Shown here piece after piece: positions 12,272 through 28,600 of a DNA stretch of 64,000 bases. The position numbers and the translations under genes were made by a program. Under the pieces are notes generated by a model. The model had not been told where the DNA came from and ran no database searches. It worked only from the letters and a program-made list of their open reading frames with translations. The DNA is from Utricularia gibba. Lineage: Eukaryota > Plantae > Magnoliophyta. The DNA lies in contig NEEC01000010.1 of assembly GCA_002189035.1 (NCBI GenBank), forward strand, positions 1,054,001 through 1,118,000, written 5' to 3'. Every line of letters starts with the position of its first letter. Position 1 is the first letter of the stretch.

Positions 12272-14076
12272 ATGTCGTTTTACGTTGGCCGTGAGGCGTC
12301 AAAGGTTTCTCTCGCATCCCGTGTTGCCTCCTCTCAGTTACGTGTTCTTGGTTTTTAATCTTCGTGGTGTTTCTGTTTTGAGAAGTTCTGGAAGAGGTTT
12401 TCTTCAGAGACGACAACGGAACTCAACCTTCTTGCTGAAAACTGGAAGTACATTTTGGGAGGTCTCATTTGTCAGGTTTGACCACAAAGTTTTGCTTGAA
12501 ACATCATCCAAGACTTGTTGCTTCATAGTAAAAACGAAGATAGATGAAGGGTCTAGTTAAAAGAGCAAGCTTTTCCACAAAACCTTGTTGTTTTTCCAGT
12601 AGTGATTATATATCATTATGTAACCGCGTTGTTTTCATCAGTACATTCATGGGCTAGCAGCTCGAGGGGTCCATTATCTACATCGACCAGGTCCAGTTCT
12701 TCAGGATTGGGGCTTCTTCCTGCTTCCGGTAACATCAAGTTCTTGCAAAGAATCTACTTCTACGAACATGACATCCATTTTCATTCGCATAGACACGATG
12801 GAACCGTAGCTGCATCATCTCTTACGTTATTTGGCTGGGCTGAAATGCAGGAGCTTGGCCAGGACAAGGCCTACATCAGTGAAACTGTATTTACCTTCAT
12901 TTTTTTGTCTTTTGTATTGGTAAGCTGTTTTAGTCATCTGCAAGGTATGAGGTTTCAGATTACGAACCATTTCTCTCTTAATCTCGTGATGCTTCGCGCA
13001 GTGGACTTTCCATCCTTTCATACTAAAAGTCAAGAAGATTTACACAGTGCATATATGGTGTAGAGTTTTGGCATTCTTAGTCGTAAGTAGAAAATTTGGC
13101 TCTGCTAGTTGCATAGATTTGTTCCCGGTAAATGGTCTGATTCCTTGCTGAATGATAGGTTTGTCAGTTTCTTCGGATCATAACGTTTTATTCCACGCAA
13201 CTTCCAGGCCCCAACTATCACTGTCGAGAGGTAGAAACATCCTCTTCATTCCTGATTTATTCTGCTCATTGTTTCTCAGATGATTTGTGAATGTTGCAGG
13301 GCTCAAAGCTTGCCCGGCTTCCTCCTCCAGACAGCGTATACGAAGTTCTGCTGATTAACTGTGAGTGTTTGAATGCTCTGCATCAGGATCTTTACATGCC
13401 AAACTTAAAAGACGGGTTAACGCACGCTTACATGCTCTATCTTCTACGGTTCCGCAGTTCCTCGAGGTGTACTATACGGTTGTGGAGACCTGATCTTCTC
13501 CTCCCACATGATATTTTCTCTCGTCTTTGTGCTGACATACAACAAGTATGGGACCAACAGGTGAGATATCCACAAGTCTTCATCGGCATTCTGGATGTGG
13601 CTTCCCTAACAGTTTACTTTCCGGCGCACAGTTTTGTAAAGGCGATCGCCTGGGCCACCGTGATATTCCAAAGCCTGCTGATCGTCGCATCCCGCAAACA
13701 CTACACGGTCGACATCGTCGTCGCATGGTACAATATCACTGTAGTGGAACCTCCGAGTCGAGTTTGGAATAACACCGTGAATCCCCCTGCAGGTACACCG
13801 TGAATCTGGTTGTCTTCTTCCTCGACAGGAAGCTTCCTGGTAAGCAGAGTTCATATTCTTTTGCAAGTGCCATGCCTTCTTAGCATCAAGCCTAAGCTTC
13901 CCGATGCAGAACTACCCGATCGCTCGACGGCGCTGTTGCTTCCGGTGGTTCGAAGCAGGTCGAAGGAGGAGGAGCTGTACAAGGTCTTGAATGGGAACTC
14001 AGCCGATCATCAGCAGCCGCGAAATGGGAGGATAGTGGGTGAAGGGAATGTCGTGAAGGTTGAGAATGGAGCTTAG
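12272..14076 (+). CDS. IPCS: Inositol phosphorylceramide synthase (IPCS/ERH1 family), multi-exon
   Basis: [11 protein letters not shown]|[73 protein letters not shown] and [16 protein letters not shown]|YTVNLVVF (catalytic His/His/Asp motifs); C-terminus ...ENGA*. Confidence 0.94.
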
Positions 14077-14427
14077 GTTTAGTTGACAGTTACAGTGAAG
14101 TGACGGAGCAAGCAGACAAAGGAGATTGAGTTGCCTTCTGGGGCTCCATGAAAGCTCCACTACACTGTAAATTGTAATTAATGGATGAAACTTGGAAGAT
14201 AACCAAATTTCGTAGAAAGAAAACACCTTTACCGTGAACGTGTGCTACTAAAAGCAAAAACAATTAATTATAGTTTTTACCTAAATAATGGTTTAATATA
14301 AAAAAGAATATAGTATATATTGAAATCGAACCCAGGGCTTAGGGTTTATCGGGGTTGTTAATTGATTGTCTGTTTCGGAGCCGGAACCGGATTCTTTCGC
14401 TCACCGCGTTTCCGCCGCGTAGATCGA

Positions 14428-15099
14428 ATGGCTCCAAGCGTCAATCCAGCGCCAGCACCGTCGGCTTTCGAGAGGGAGCAGGTATTCATAGTTTTTCTCT
14501 CCTCGCGGAAAATGGTTGCATTTGTGGAAAAGTTACATGGGCAATTTATTGATTTATTTTGTTTTCGCTGTTGATTTTTATGTGATGTAGATGATTGGGA
14601 TGATGGAGAAGGAGATGGAGTATCGGGTTGATATGTTTAACAAGTAAATTTTAAATCTCGAATTGCTGCCTTATGTTCCTGCGGTGTACATTTCTTTACC
14701 TTCATTTTGTTGGCGGGTTTTCATATTCTTTCTGTTGTTATGCTACTTCAGGTTGACACACACATGCTTCAACAAATGTGTGGAGAACAAGTATGTGGTG
14801 CTTCAGCTTGATGTCTATTTAAATCCAAATGGTTGTGTTTAATGACTGGGAGTTCGTTCTCTTTTGTCAGGTACAAAGAAGCTGAGTTAAACATGGGTGA
14901 GAACAGTTGCATTGACCGCTGTGTCTCAAAATACTGGCAGGTAAATCAATCCCAGATTCATGCGTTTTCAGATGCATCTGTTATGGGTTTTCAGTTGCAT
15001 TGACCACTGTGAAGGATTGATTAGTGATTTTAAGAATCTGAATTGCAGGTTACTAACTTGGTTGGACAGCTTTTAGGCAATAGCCGTCCCCAAATGTAA
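14428..15099 (+). CDS. TIM10: Mitochondrial small TIM chaperone TIM10, 5 exons
   Basis: Spliced protein MAPSVNPAPAPSAFEREQ|MIGMMEKEMEYRVDMFNK|LTHTCFNKCVENK|YKEAELNMGENSCIDRCVSKYWQ|VTNLVGQLLGNSRPQM* with the twin CX3C motif. Absent from the ORF track because the exons are short. Telo-box TTAGGGTTT at about 14339. Confidence 0.93.
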
Positions 15100-16033
15100 C
15101 TGTCTCGTGTTGAGCTTTGTTCTCTGCAATGGATCTTCTTCGTTGTGACACATGTCCATGTGTTTGCCTGCTTCATTGAGGCGGAAGTAATAAACTTAGA
15201 GATTTGAACTGACGCACCGTCTTGTTTGGGAAGAGTAGGTGTTTTTTTTCTTCCAGATGAGAAATATCATCGCCCATTGATTGTTTCCCGTGCCATTAGT
15301 TCTTGCATGTGGATTTATTGTCTTCTGTTATCGCCTTCTTCTTGGTATGGCTTCTTTGAGAGATGAGTTTAGAGGGCAAACCTTTTGCTGAACAGGAGGA
15401 GGGCCTTCAGGTCTTATTAGATTTTGGATTCCAATTTGATGTGCATCTCTGTAGTCTCAGCACGTTTAACGAGTTACATCATTTGAAAACTGCATCATGC
15501 GCTTGTTTGATGATCAAGTCTTATTTCTGAAAAAATGAGATGCTGCAAGACTTGTTTGGTGATGTATTTTACTCAAGTTATATTTGGTGGAATATTAGTA
15601 TTGGGAGTTTTTGGAATCATTTAGAAAATTGTCATTATCGCGTATTTTTTTTACATATTTAGACAAAAACAATATATATATTATGGTTATTTTTTTCACA
15701 CAATATCTGATATATAATTAAATTTTTAATTGAGTTTTTTTTATGGTTTGTATAACTAAAAATTAAATGTTATTTTTAAATAAATAAATTTATTTATTTA
15801 TTTTTAATGTAAATTCAATATTTTGATTTATTTATAACTTTTAATTAAAATTTTTAATACTTAAATATTATTAAAATGAAGTAAAATAAATTAGTCAACA
15901 TTTTATGTTAAATAAATTGAACCAGTCAAATGAATAAATGATACAAAGCTCACAAGTAATGGATAACGCCGGCGGGGGTTTACAAGCGTCCTAATCCCGA
16001 TCATTATCTCCGACGACCCAGCATCGGAGATCC

Positions 16034-16780
16034 TCAGGACGGAATGTTGAAATGGAAAAGCCACGAAATTACAAACGCGAACACCATACACGCTAGCAGA
16101 AAGTTGAGAAACCGGTGGCCGTTAAAGCAACTCTCGGATTCGGCCGGCGCCGCCGCTGCTGCGGATACTGTAATCGTCGTTGCGCCGCCAGTCTCGTTGT
16201 TCCCGGACTCGATATCATTAGGACTGGCAACGTTTGTCGCCACCGAATTGCAGATTTCGCAGGTCCTGAGAAACAGAACAAGATCAGAGTCAGGGATTGG
16301 AGAAATTTGGGGAATCGCGCATGGTTTAGGGCGATTGATTGGTTTTTACTTGTTTCCTTTTATTTTGAACCAAGTCTCAGCACATTGTTTATGGGCAGTG
16401 GCCAAATCGTCTTTACAAGCACAACCCAGTTCAATGGCGGCGCTTACGGCGGCGCCGGGGCTGCAATTCACCACACTCAGATGACATATCCTACAGTTTC
16501 TATCCATCCTTTTCAAATCCACCATTTTCGCCACTCCAATATCAAAAGGGTCACTTCCTCCGTTCACAAGGGATTCCAAATCCCCATCCTCGAAAATCTC
16601 ATCTCCACTACCCAAACTACAATCATCGTAGCAACAATCGCCATCTGCCGTGGAGAAGAACTGAGAGTTACAAGAGCCCTCATCCCCATCGGAGAAGCCG
16701 CCCTCCTCCTCCACCACCTCCCGGGAGATACAACAACCGCATTCCAAATCTCCGTGGGACATTCCTCTATCAGTGAGCAT
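16034..16780 (-). CDS. RING-CH (C4HC3) zinc-finger protein with C-terminal hydrophobic segment, 2 coding exons
   Basis: CRICH...ELGCACKDDLATAHKQCAETWFKIKGNK|ICEIC; C-terminus GHRFLNFLLACMVFAFVISWLFHFNIPS*. Confidence 0.92.
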
Positions 16781-18269
16781 TCGAGACCCAGAAACTGAAA
16801 CCCTTTAATGCTTCAAAATTGGATCACGAGAGATGGGATGATCAATTTCAAGAACCCATTTCGAGAAAGAAGAAGACGGATCGGGTGAAGACACCAGAAA
16901 GTGAACCCTCTGGCGATCTAACCACAAATCCAGACAGCGCGTGACGTAGAATGAAGAGAGTACATGACCAGCAATGATGACACTGGTCGGAAAGAAAGGA
17001 GGAGGAAGAAGAAGAATCGATAAGGGGAGGAAAAGAGAAGAAATGTAAGAGGACAAGAGAAGAAAACTTCTTGAGCGGGCGAAGATATAGAGACAAATTC
17101 AACAGGTTTCTGGCACGGGAGGTTCCCTTTTTCTCCAGCAATCTAAGATACCACTCCCCAGTTACTTTCGTTCACTTTTTTTTTTTTAAAAAAAAACTTA
17201 ATTTCATATTTTTTATTTGATCATCCTTTAACTTTTTGTGCCATATTTATTTATATTCTTAAAATATAAATTATGAAAATCAGACCGAAACAGAGATAAA
17301 ACCGAAATCGCCCATTTGCAACGAAACCTCGAACGCACGAAGAAAATTTTAAAAGAAATTGTTTTAATAATTCCATTAAAATATAAATAATCAAAATTAA
17401 TTATAGCCGGTATTTTAAAAATGGGCTTAACCCATTTTTCAAAAGAATTACCAATTTTGATTGAAATCTTTTTATATGGTAGGTTGAATCGAATTTTCTT
17501 AATTTGTAATTATATTTATTCTAATTTTTATATGAATTCAAATCATGAATTTGCATTGAATCCAATGTAACTACGGGTTGAATCCCTAATTTTAAGACAT
17601 GGGTTAGAACATCAAAATATCATTTTTCATTTTTGAAAAATAATTATTCTGATATTCTCTTTTACATATTACGATCAATTTTACATATAGTATATTCCTA
17701 TTTAACACACACTTAAAATAAGGTGATTGCTTATCAAATTCATCATCAAGCATATTATATTGTATGGAACTTGGGGAATGGAGAGAGATGTAGTAGTAGC
17801 ATGGGTGGGAATTCCTCACGTGACTAGTGAGGAATGGACCAATCATGTTGCTGATAATTGATGTCCCTAAATTCTTCCCATAAAATAATACCATACTGGA
17901 ATCCTATCCGCCACAATTATTTTGGTGCATTCAACCTCATAATGGGGTTTCCTTTTTTAATTTTAGAGAAGGGAATTTTTTATGATAATAATTATTTTCG
18001 AAGTCCCCGAAAATTCCAAACAAATTAAAAAATATATAAGGAAAAATAAACTTTAATAATAAAAATCCAAAGATTATTCTATTCCAAAGCGTCAAAAGGC
18101 TTTGTCCCCATGCTTCTTTCTTGACCAGCGTCACCGCGGAAGCAAGGGATCCAGGGCAGGTAGTGGGCCCCACGTCTACTCCCCTCCCGACAAGTGTCAT
18201 CCCGTCTGTCCTAAAATAAAAAAAAAAACAAAAGTAAACAATTTTACAAGCTGTAAAGTTCTTCTTTTG

Positions 18270-20363
<2,094 letters not shown>

Positions 20364-21903
20364 GGTAAAAATCAAGCTTTTGTTGTTGGAGAAATTAATA
20401 TTAGATAAGGGATTTTGATATTTCTCTCTGTGTGGGTCTAATAGTTGGAAGTCATTATTCTCAAGCTCCATTTTTCCCATGGGTTATGGTGCAGAAGTTT
20501 ATTCATGGTTATAGTGGTTGTTACTCTCGAACGCAACGCGATATTCCACTTGTGTTGGAGTAGAATCTTATTGTGCTCTAATTTTCATTTCTATCCATGG
20601 GTGTCTTAGCATTAAACTGGGGACCTAGGCAAAAGTCTGAACATGAATATAAGTTTGTTGATCACTCAAGAGTTTGGAACCAGGTTCAAATGGAAATCGA
20701 AGCTGATCAGTGATCCTAATGCATAATCCATCTGTTAGCCTTTAGTTAGCCAACTCTACTGAAGTTCCTTTTTTATTTGCAGGGATAGAGTTTTTATCTG
20801 GAATCACTTCAGTCCGCCGAGATTGGAAAGATATTTCGATTTTCTTTTCTGAAGCCTTGCATTTTATTAGCAACTATTTTCCCATCTTCTGTTATTTGAT
20901 GATCGCCATTTCAGTGAAAATATGTTATCTTTTTGGTGTGGACCTCAAGTGATCTTCCTCCAGATTGGTATAAGCACTGGTGCATCAAATCAACTCTTGG
21001 TGGCCAATTGGAAATGCTAAATCAATTGAACTTTAAATCTTCATTATAAGATTTGCATGTGTTTGCAGTTCATCTTTTTCCTACCCTTTTGAAGTACTTG
21101 GAAACGTAAAGCCTGCATCGCAAGTCTATTACCTAAAGTGCTAAGCACAGACACTTCGGCATGCTCCGATTAGGCTTAATTAAAACGTTCATTTACCTTT
21201 AATATTGAATAATGGTTAAGCAATTTTAAAAATGGATGATTCTTCAAATTTTGTGTTCTTGATACAGTTATTTAAGAATAATCCAAAAGTTAGACATTCA
21301 TTTCATACTTACGACCAGTGTACGGTACCTGGTGCTCAAAGATGGATTTCAATGGCTGAGGCTGAACCAAGAAATGTGGGCTATCGGCGTGGCATCTCAT
21401 TATTGGGCCGAACGGGTAGTTTATGCTTCCCTTCTCCGTCTGTGCGCAGCATCAGCTTAGGAATCATCGAAAGTTGGTTTTTTTTCTTTATTTCTGGTTT
21501 TGTGTTTCACTAAATACTTCTACAGTCGCTGTGCTACGAGATACCAACAAGCTAGGCGATCTCTCTTGTACTCTTCTCCCTCGTTTCCATCGCCTGTAGG
21601 AACCTTGTTCGGTAGATTCTGATTTGTTGCTGCATTCATCTTGTTGGTTTTGGTTTTGGAGAAATGTAAATTGATTCAAGATGAAGGTTGTTGGGAGGGG
21701 GGGTTTTCAATTACTTGCGTATTCTGCTAATGGGCTAGTTTTTTTTATTTGAAAATTGGAAACTTGTGTGGAGGGGGGATTGGCTGATCTTCGAAGTGTC
21801 TTTCTCCCATGGCTATTTATGGTTTTGGTGATTCTTGACATATTCTTTCAATTGCAAGGCATTTTTGGCGATTACAACGTTTGCTTGTTTCAGGCGTTGA
21901 CTA

Positions 21904-24900
21904 ATGACTACAGTGACGCAGTCTCCGCCTACATTCACTAGCACTTTGGCTCCGAGACATACTGCTTCAGATTTTCTGAGCAGCTCGAGTTATGGTGCTT
22001 GCGGTGTACCGTTGAAAGCACTTGCAAAGGCGCAGTTTGGGATGACAAAGAGAGGAATAACTATAGTTGCAAAGGCCAGGAAAGTTAAAAAGCATGAGTA
22101 CCCATGGCCTGAAGATCCTGATCCCAATGTTAAGGGTGGAGTCCTCAGCCACCTGTCAGTCTTCAAGCCTTTGAAAGAGAAGCTGAAGCCGGTGACTTTG
22201 GAATTCGAAAAGCCTCTCTTGGATCTACAGAAGAAAATCGTTGATGTATGACCCCATGCAATCTTTACATTGTGGTTGTATGTGTGAAATCATGTCATAA
22301 ATTTTCATTACTGTTCCCTGGTTTTAACAGGTTCAAGAGATGGCAAATGAAACTGGTCTGGATTTCAGTGATCAGATTATTTCTCTAGAGAATAAATATC
22401 AGCAGGTTTGACAAGAGGCATGATTTGCTTCCGCACTTCTTTTAGAGAATGAACTTTGTGGCTCTTTTAGAATAACCAAATTGATGCACTTCTTTTTATT
22501 GATCCACTGTCATCTGCAGGCATTGAAGGATCTCTACACGCACTTGACACCTATACAACGCTTGCAAATTGCAAGACATCCCAACAGGCCCACATATCTT
22601 GATCATATCTTCAATATTACCGAGAAGGTTTATTAATTTTATAACTAAACCCCTTAGTTCTTTGACTTTTTCCACTATTGATGTTGGTTTTATTGATGCA
22701 GATGTTTCCAAATATTTATGGCAAGGGAATCATGCCACTAACTTTTTCCTTACCTTTGTCTTAGTTTGTGGAACTTCATGGTGATCGAGCAGGATATGAT
22801 GACCCTGCAATTGTCACAGGGCTGGGTACGATCAATGATAAGAACTATATGTTCATTGGCCATCAAAAGGGAAGAAATACAAAGGAGAATATTCAACGTA
22901 ACTTTGGAATGCCTACACCGCATGGGTACACATCTGTAATATCTGTAACGAAATAATTGCTATATATTCTGCAGTCATCCTCAACTGAGGCGCTTCCATC
23001 TCTTCCAGTTACAGGAAGGCTCTGCGCATGATGCGGTATGCTGATCACCATGGATTTCCAATTGTTACTTTTATTGATACACCTGGGGCATATGCTGACC
23101 TGAAGTCTGAAGAACTTGGCCAAGTATCCTATAGCAATATATTAAAGGTATATGTTGGGGATGATATAGATGAGCTAAACTCATTTCCTCACTATGCAGG
23201 GAGAAGCAATTGCTCAGAATTTGAGGACTATGTTTGGTCTGAAAGTGCCAATTATTTCAATTGTTATCGGTGAAGGTGGTTCTGGTGGTGCTTTGGCAAT
23301 TGGTTGCTGTAACAAGATGTTAATGCTTGAAAATGCCGTGTTCTATGTTGCCAGGTTTTTGCCATTTCTGCCGCTTCAAGGACTTAGTCATCTTGTCAAA
23401 ACCTTAATTTCTTCTTTTGTCTGAATTCTTTTCGTGTGGACTGGTGTGGTGCTTTAGACTTTGATTCCGCAGATAGGATAATTAGCTGTTAACTTTTATC
23501 CCGTGTTGGTGACAGCCCAGAAGCCTGTGCGGCTATCCTATGGAAGAGTGCAAAAGCTGCTCCAAAGGTGCTATATGGGTATTCCCTAGTTTGTCTATGA
23601 ATTATAAGCTCTGGTTAGTTAATCTCCCGTTTCTTTTTTCTGGGGAAACTCAGGCCGCTGAGAAGTTGAAGATAACAGCTCCAGAGCTCTGCAAGCTACA
23701 AATTTCTGATGGGATCATCCCTGTAATATATGCTTAGTTTTTTCCTTTACGCTCATGCATGCTAATTAGATGCGTGCCATTCTTGTTTCTCTTCTTCTGT
23801 ATTATGCTTCTCTGTTGTTCAAATTTTACTGTCTGACCATGAAATGCACGAATTTTTAAGAATTTATGATGCCTATGATGGATTAGATTATATTCTTTGC
23901 TAGTGCAGGTTAATGGTTGATATCACTCCTTGCGTTGCAGGAACCTCTTGGTGGGGCGCATGCAGATCCTTACTGGACATCACAGCAAATAAAAGAAGCT
24001 ATTGTTGAATCGATGGAAGTAAGTGGCCTACTCTTCATTCAAGTGTCTTTTGTTTTAAGAATGCATAGAAATTCATCACTAATGCAAGAAATTGCAACGC
24101 CTGTGAATCTTCAGCAACTGTCAAAAATGGATGTGGAGACTATATTGAAGCACCGGCATCTAAAATATCGCAAACTCGGTGGATTCCAGGAAGGGGTTCC
24201 AATAGAGCCAGTGAAGAAGATAAATATGAAAAGGAGAGAGGTTGGTTTGAGGGATGAGATTGAAAAGCTGAAGCAACAGATTTTGGAAGCCAGTAAATCT
24301 GATGCAGCTCCGCCTGAGGCAGGAGTGAAGGAACTGATTAAGAAACTAGAAGAAGAAGTTGAAGATGAGTATGACGAGGCTGCTAAAGCTCTTGGTTTTG
24401 AGGAAAAGATTGAGGTGCTGTATGAAGAAGCTGAAAAGGGAAGCAGTGACCAGGCTTCCGAGCTTGCCTTGAAGGAAAAGATTGAAGAACTAAAAGCTGA
24501 GTTTGAGTCAAGCCTTCCAAGAGCTCCCAATTATTCCAGATTGAAATATAAGGTTGATAGTCTGAATGAACTATCAAAAGCCCTGAACCCTCCACAGCCA
24601 AGCACCAAATCAGATCTGTTGAAACTTGAAATAAACCAGAAATTCAATGATGTCATGGATCGACCTGATATTCAGCAGAAATTTGAGACCTTAATGTCTG
24701 ACATAAAAGTTGCTGGGGGCATGGATGCTGATTTGAGCCCTGAGCTCAAGGAAAGAATCCTGCAGTTCAACAGGGAGTTTGATTCAGAGATGAAGACTGC
24801 TCTTACGTCTGATGGCCTGCAGCTCGTGCGCCTGGACATTGCTGCCAAGGCCAAACTCGATTCCTTCAATGAAGAAGTCAGCATGGTCATTGATGATGTG

Positions 24901-25215
24901 GTGGCATCATCAGATCTGAAAGCTAAAGTTGAACTCCTTAAGGCTGAGGTTGCGAAGTTAGGGAATGATCCAGCAGATGAGAACAGCAAGGCGAAGATCG
25001 AGGCCTTGGAAAATGAAATAAAACAAGCTGTTCAAGAGGCAGTAGATTTCCCGGAACTGAAGGAAAAGCATGAGAAACTGATGGCTGAAATCGTCGAAAA
25101 AACAACCACTTCTGCGGAGGATGAAACCGCCACCGATGATGGGTCGTCTGCAACCATTGATGATTCTCCAGAATACAGCACCAGCGGTCTGGAGAGCAAC
25201 AGCGGCGTCATCTGA
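21904..25215 (+). CDS. CAC3: Plastid heteromeric acetyl-CoA carboxylase carboxyltransferase alpha subunit, multi-exon
   Basis: Transit-peptide-like N-terminus, [73 protein letters not shown] and [13 protein letters not shown], plus the plant-specific C-terminal coiled-coil exon ending at 25215. Confidence 0.97.
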
Positions 25216-25610
25216 TGGGAGTCCATGAGTCCATTTTGGTGTGTCTCATCGAGTTTCACGCATATTTGCATCAGAGGACCTGGCTGTTGTCGTCGTCAAA
25301 ATAATCACCTGCGTCTGCAGATCACCGGGCTAACCTTCATCATGTTATCATCTTGAAGCATCAAGGTTTCTCAAGAGAAGTGAAAATCCCAGCCATGTTG
25401 GTAGCTTCTGTTGTTCCTTTTGAAGTGATGGTTTTTCTGTGTTAGTTTAATGGGGGACTGCGAGCTTCTGAATAGCCTTCGACTTCTATTTACACTTTTG
25501 AACGTCATGTGAGTTTGTTGCTAATTTTTATTTGAATATAACGTATTTAATTGACGAATAATTAAAATAATTGGCATTTATTAAACCATATTGTAAAATA
25601 GCTTTAAATA

Positions 25611-28600
25611 GAAAAAATTTGTAAAATACATCACTTCACATTTTTAGTTTGTAAAATTTGCAAAATACATCATTTTGTATATTTAGTTTGCAAAATACAT
25701 CTTTAATATATTATTTTTATTTAATAAATATAATTAACAATTAGACAAAACTATTTTTTATTAATGTTATACCATGTGGATCACTTAAATAGATCACATG
25801 GGTGGTTAAATATAAAATTATTTCTACATTTTATTTTAATTAAACTGCTAGAAATGATTCATGAATGGCCGTAGCATATACATGACTAATTCAAAGATAA
25901 TTAGTTAGTTGAATATTAAATGATGTCTTAATTCATCTTTGTTTAAATTGACTTCTTTTTCATTTTCACATCTCTCATTTTCCATATGTATCCTACGTTT
26001 AGTTTCCTGCAAAAATTTGCTGCACACAATCATCATGTTGAAGATTTACGTTCATGTATTCTCCGGTGTATTTGTTTAAATATAGTTGTAGATTTTCATA
26101 TTGTTCATATCAAAGTCAAATTTTACGATATAAACATTTACGATTCTTCTCGATTTTTGATGAATTCGAGTTGCAGTATGCCTTGAATCCATTCAACTCA
26201 TAATATGACGTAGACTTATATATCATAGATGATAGCATGGGTCAAGGTGTTTTTTCTAATTATATCGATAAGTACAATATTTTCAAAACATAATTTATAT
26301 GGATTTTTCATGCATTAAAACTATAATTTTGCATAATCTAAATATAAATATTAATTTTGTAATGCATAATGTTTGGATACTTATTATAAGTGTGATTACA
26401 TAATATTTTATTAATGTACACAATTCATTAGATTTATAGTTAAGTGATCACTATATTAGTATATATCATATTAATATTGATGATAGTATTTATTTATATT
26501 TAATAATGAACAACCTAAATTTTAAGATAATTGATTTTAAAAACTAATTTATTATTAATATCAATTTTAAAATTAATTTGCACGGAAAGAAAGATCTTCG
26601 GTTGTGGCAATATTAATTGGCTGATCAATTTCGAGTGACTAACTTAATTGAAACAAGACTGATCTGCACATAAACAAAGAATAATGTTGATGAAAAATAA
26701 TTATTATTAAAATAAACTTTAAAAAATAATTTAAGAATTTTAGTAATAAGATATTGATATAAAAACATAAAATATTTTAAAAAAAGTTAAGAACTATTTA
26801 TAATAAAAAAGAATAAGTAGAAAATTAATTTGAATCAAAAGATTCAGTAGAAAATTAATTTGAATAAAAAGATTCACCATAGAAGGATAAGTAATTTTTT
26901 AGCATTTTTATTATTAATATCACATGTAAAATTAGTTTTTGTAAATAAAGAATAATTTTGATGAAAATAATTATTATTAAAATAAAATTTACAAAATGAT
27001 TTAAGAATTTCAGTAATAAAATATTGATGTAAAGTATAAATATTTTAAATAATTAAAAATAAAGTTAATAACTATATGTAATAAAAAGAAAATAAATGTA
27101 AAAATTAATTTAAATAAAAAGAATTAAGGTTAAAATAAAAATATTATTAATTCATTATAGTAAGTTGAGTAATTTTGATAACTATCTATTTTACTAATAC
27201 TTTTCATCATGAATAAGAGTGTCAATGGCTCCGCAATCGATTTCAGATCAATAATACTATAAACAAGATTTGTACAACAAGATTTCAACCCATTCGATTT
27301 TCCACATCCTCAACTATTCGAGCCTCATCACGAAAATGTTGCCTCTGACAATGACCCCATGGAGGAGCATGAGGAATTTCCAAAATACAACAGTGATGAT
27401 GATTCTGATTACATTGCAGATAATGCCGAGAGTGAATTCGATGATGAATTTAACCCGACACCAGATGAGGTGGCTATGGCAGCGGCCACGTTGCATGACG
27501 GAGACATAGGTGCTACACCATCTATTGGGGTAGATGACAATGACGCAACTCTTGATGACTTGGAAAAGGGTACTCCTGCAGATTATTATGATCGAATCCC
27601 ATATATGGATACACAATAGGCAAAGGAGATGCATCTGCTTGAGGGTATGCATTTTAATGATAGACAAAGTATGATGGATGCAGTGGTGAGATATTATGTA
27701 TTGGTGGCACAACGAGAGTTCAAGGAATGACACAAAGAATTATTCCATCATCTGTCGACAAACATCAAATGAAAGTAGTAATTGCTCATTTGCGCTGCGC
27801 GGGGGACCCAATAATAAGACGAACACATGGAGGATTACAATGCTAGTGGAGCCACATACTTGCGATGTGACCGATTCATTGGGAGCTGGTCATCATGCCA
27901 ACCTATCAATCAAATTCATTGCCCCTCGATTGAAACCGTACTTGAAAGCCACACTGACCATCAAAGGGGTGCAATCGATTATCAGAGACAAGTGGGGGTA
28001 TGAGGTTAGCAAGTGGCAGACATGGGCCTGCATGATCCTTGCATACGAACTTTGCTACGGTACCTGGGAGAAGTCTATGATAGAGCTACCACGGTATTTG
28101 GAAGAGGTTCGTCATAGAAACTCAGGCACTGTGGTTGACTGGGGTGATAATGCACATGATACACGAGGCCCACATTATCTAAGAAGGGTTTTTTGGGTAT
28201 TCGACTTTGCGATTCGAGCCTTTGCCTATGCTCATCCGGTGCTATGTGTTGATGCCACACACTTATATGGTAGCTATGACTACAAGCTACTTGTTGCAGT
28301 TGCCGTTGATGGGAGCAACAACATTTGCCCTGTCGCTTACGCCTTCATAAGAAGCGAGAGTGAGGAGGATTGGACGTGGTTTTTAGGATTGCTTGGAATG
28401 CATATTGTTTGAGACAAGGAATGAGTATGTATCATAAGTGACTGTACCACAAGCATATTAGCGGCATATAGTAACTACAAGGAGTGGTTTCCCCATTATG
28501 GCATGCACTGTTTTTGCAATTGACATCTCCACAAGAATGTTCAAACACATATTGGAAGACGATCAAAGTGTGTATCCAACATGGTGCATAGGGCTTCTTA

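Noticed and set aside
14322-14340. GGGTTCGAT (tRNA B-box-like) on the minus strand
   Set aside because: No A-box or cloverleaf could be built; it lies within the TIM10 core promoter next to a telo-box.
16115-16798. 227-aa and 146-aa plus-strand ORFs
   Set aside because: Antisense to the RING-CH gene; explained by its GC-rich codon usage.
17811-17835. 9-bp perfect hairpin ATTCCTCAC-N7-GTGAGGAAT
   Set aside because: Too short for a miRNA precursor and expected by chance in 64 kb.
24111-25271. Minus-strand Ser-rich ORFs
   Set aside because: Antisense to the Glu/Lys-rich coiled-coil exon of CAC3.
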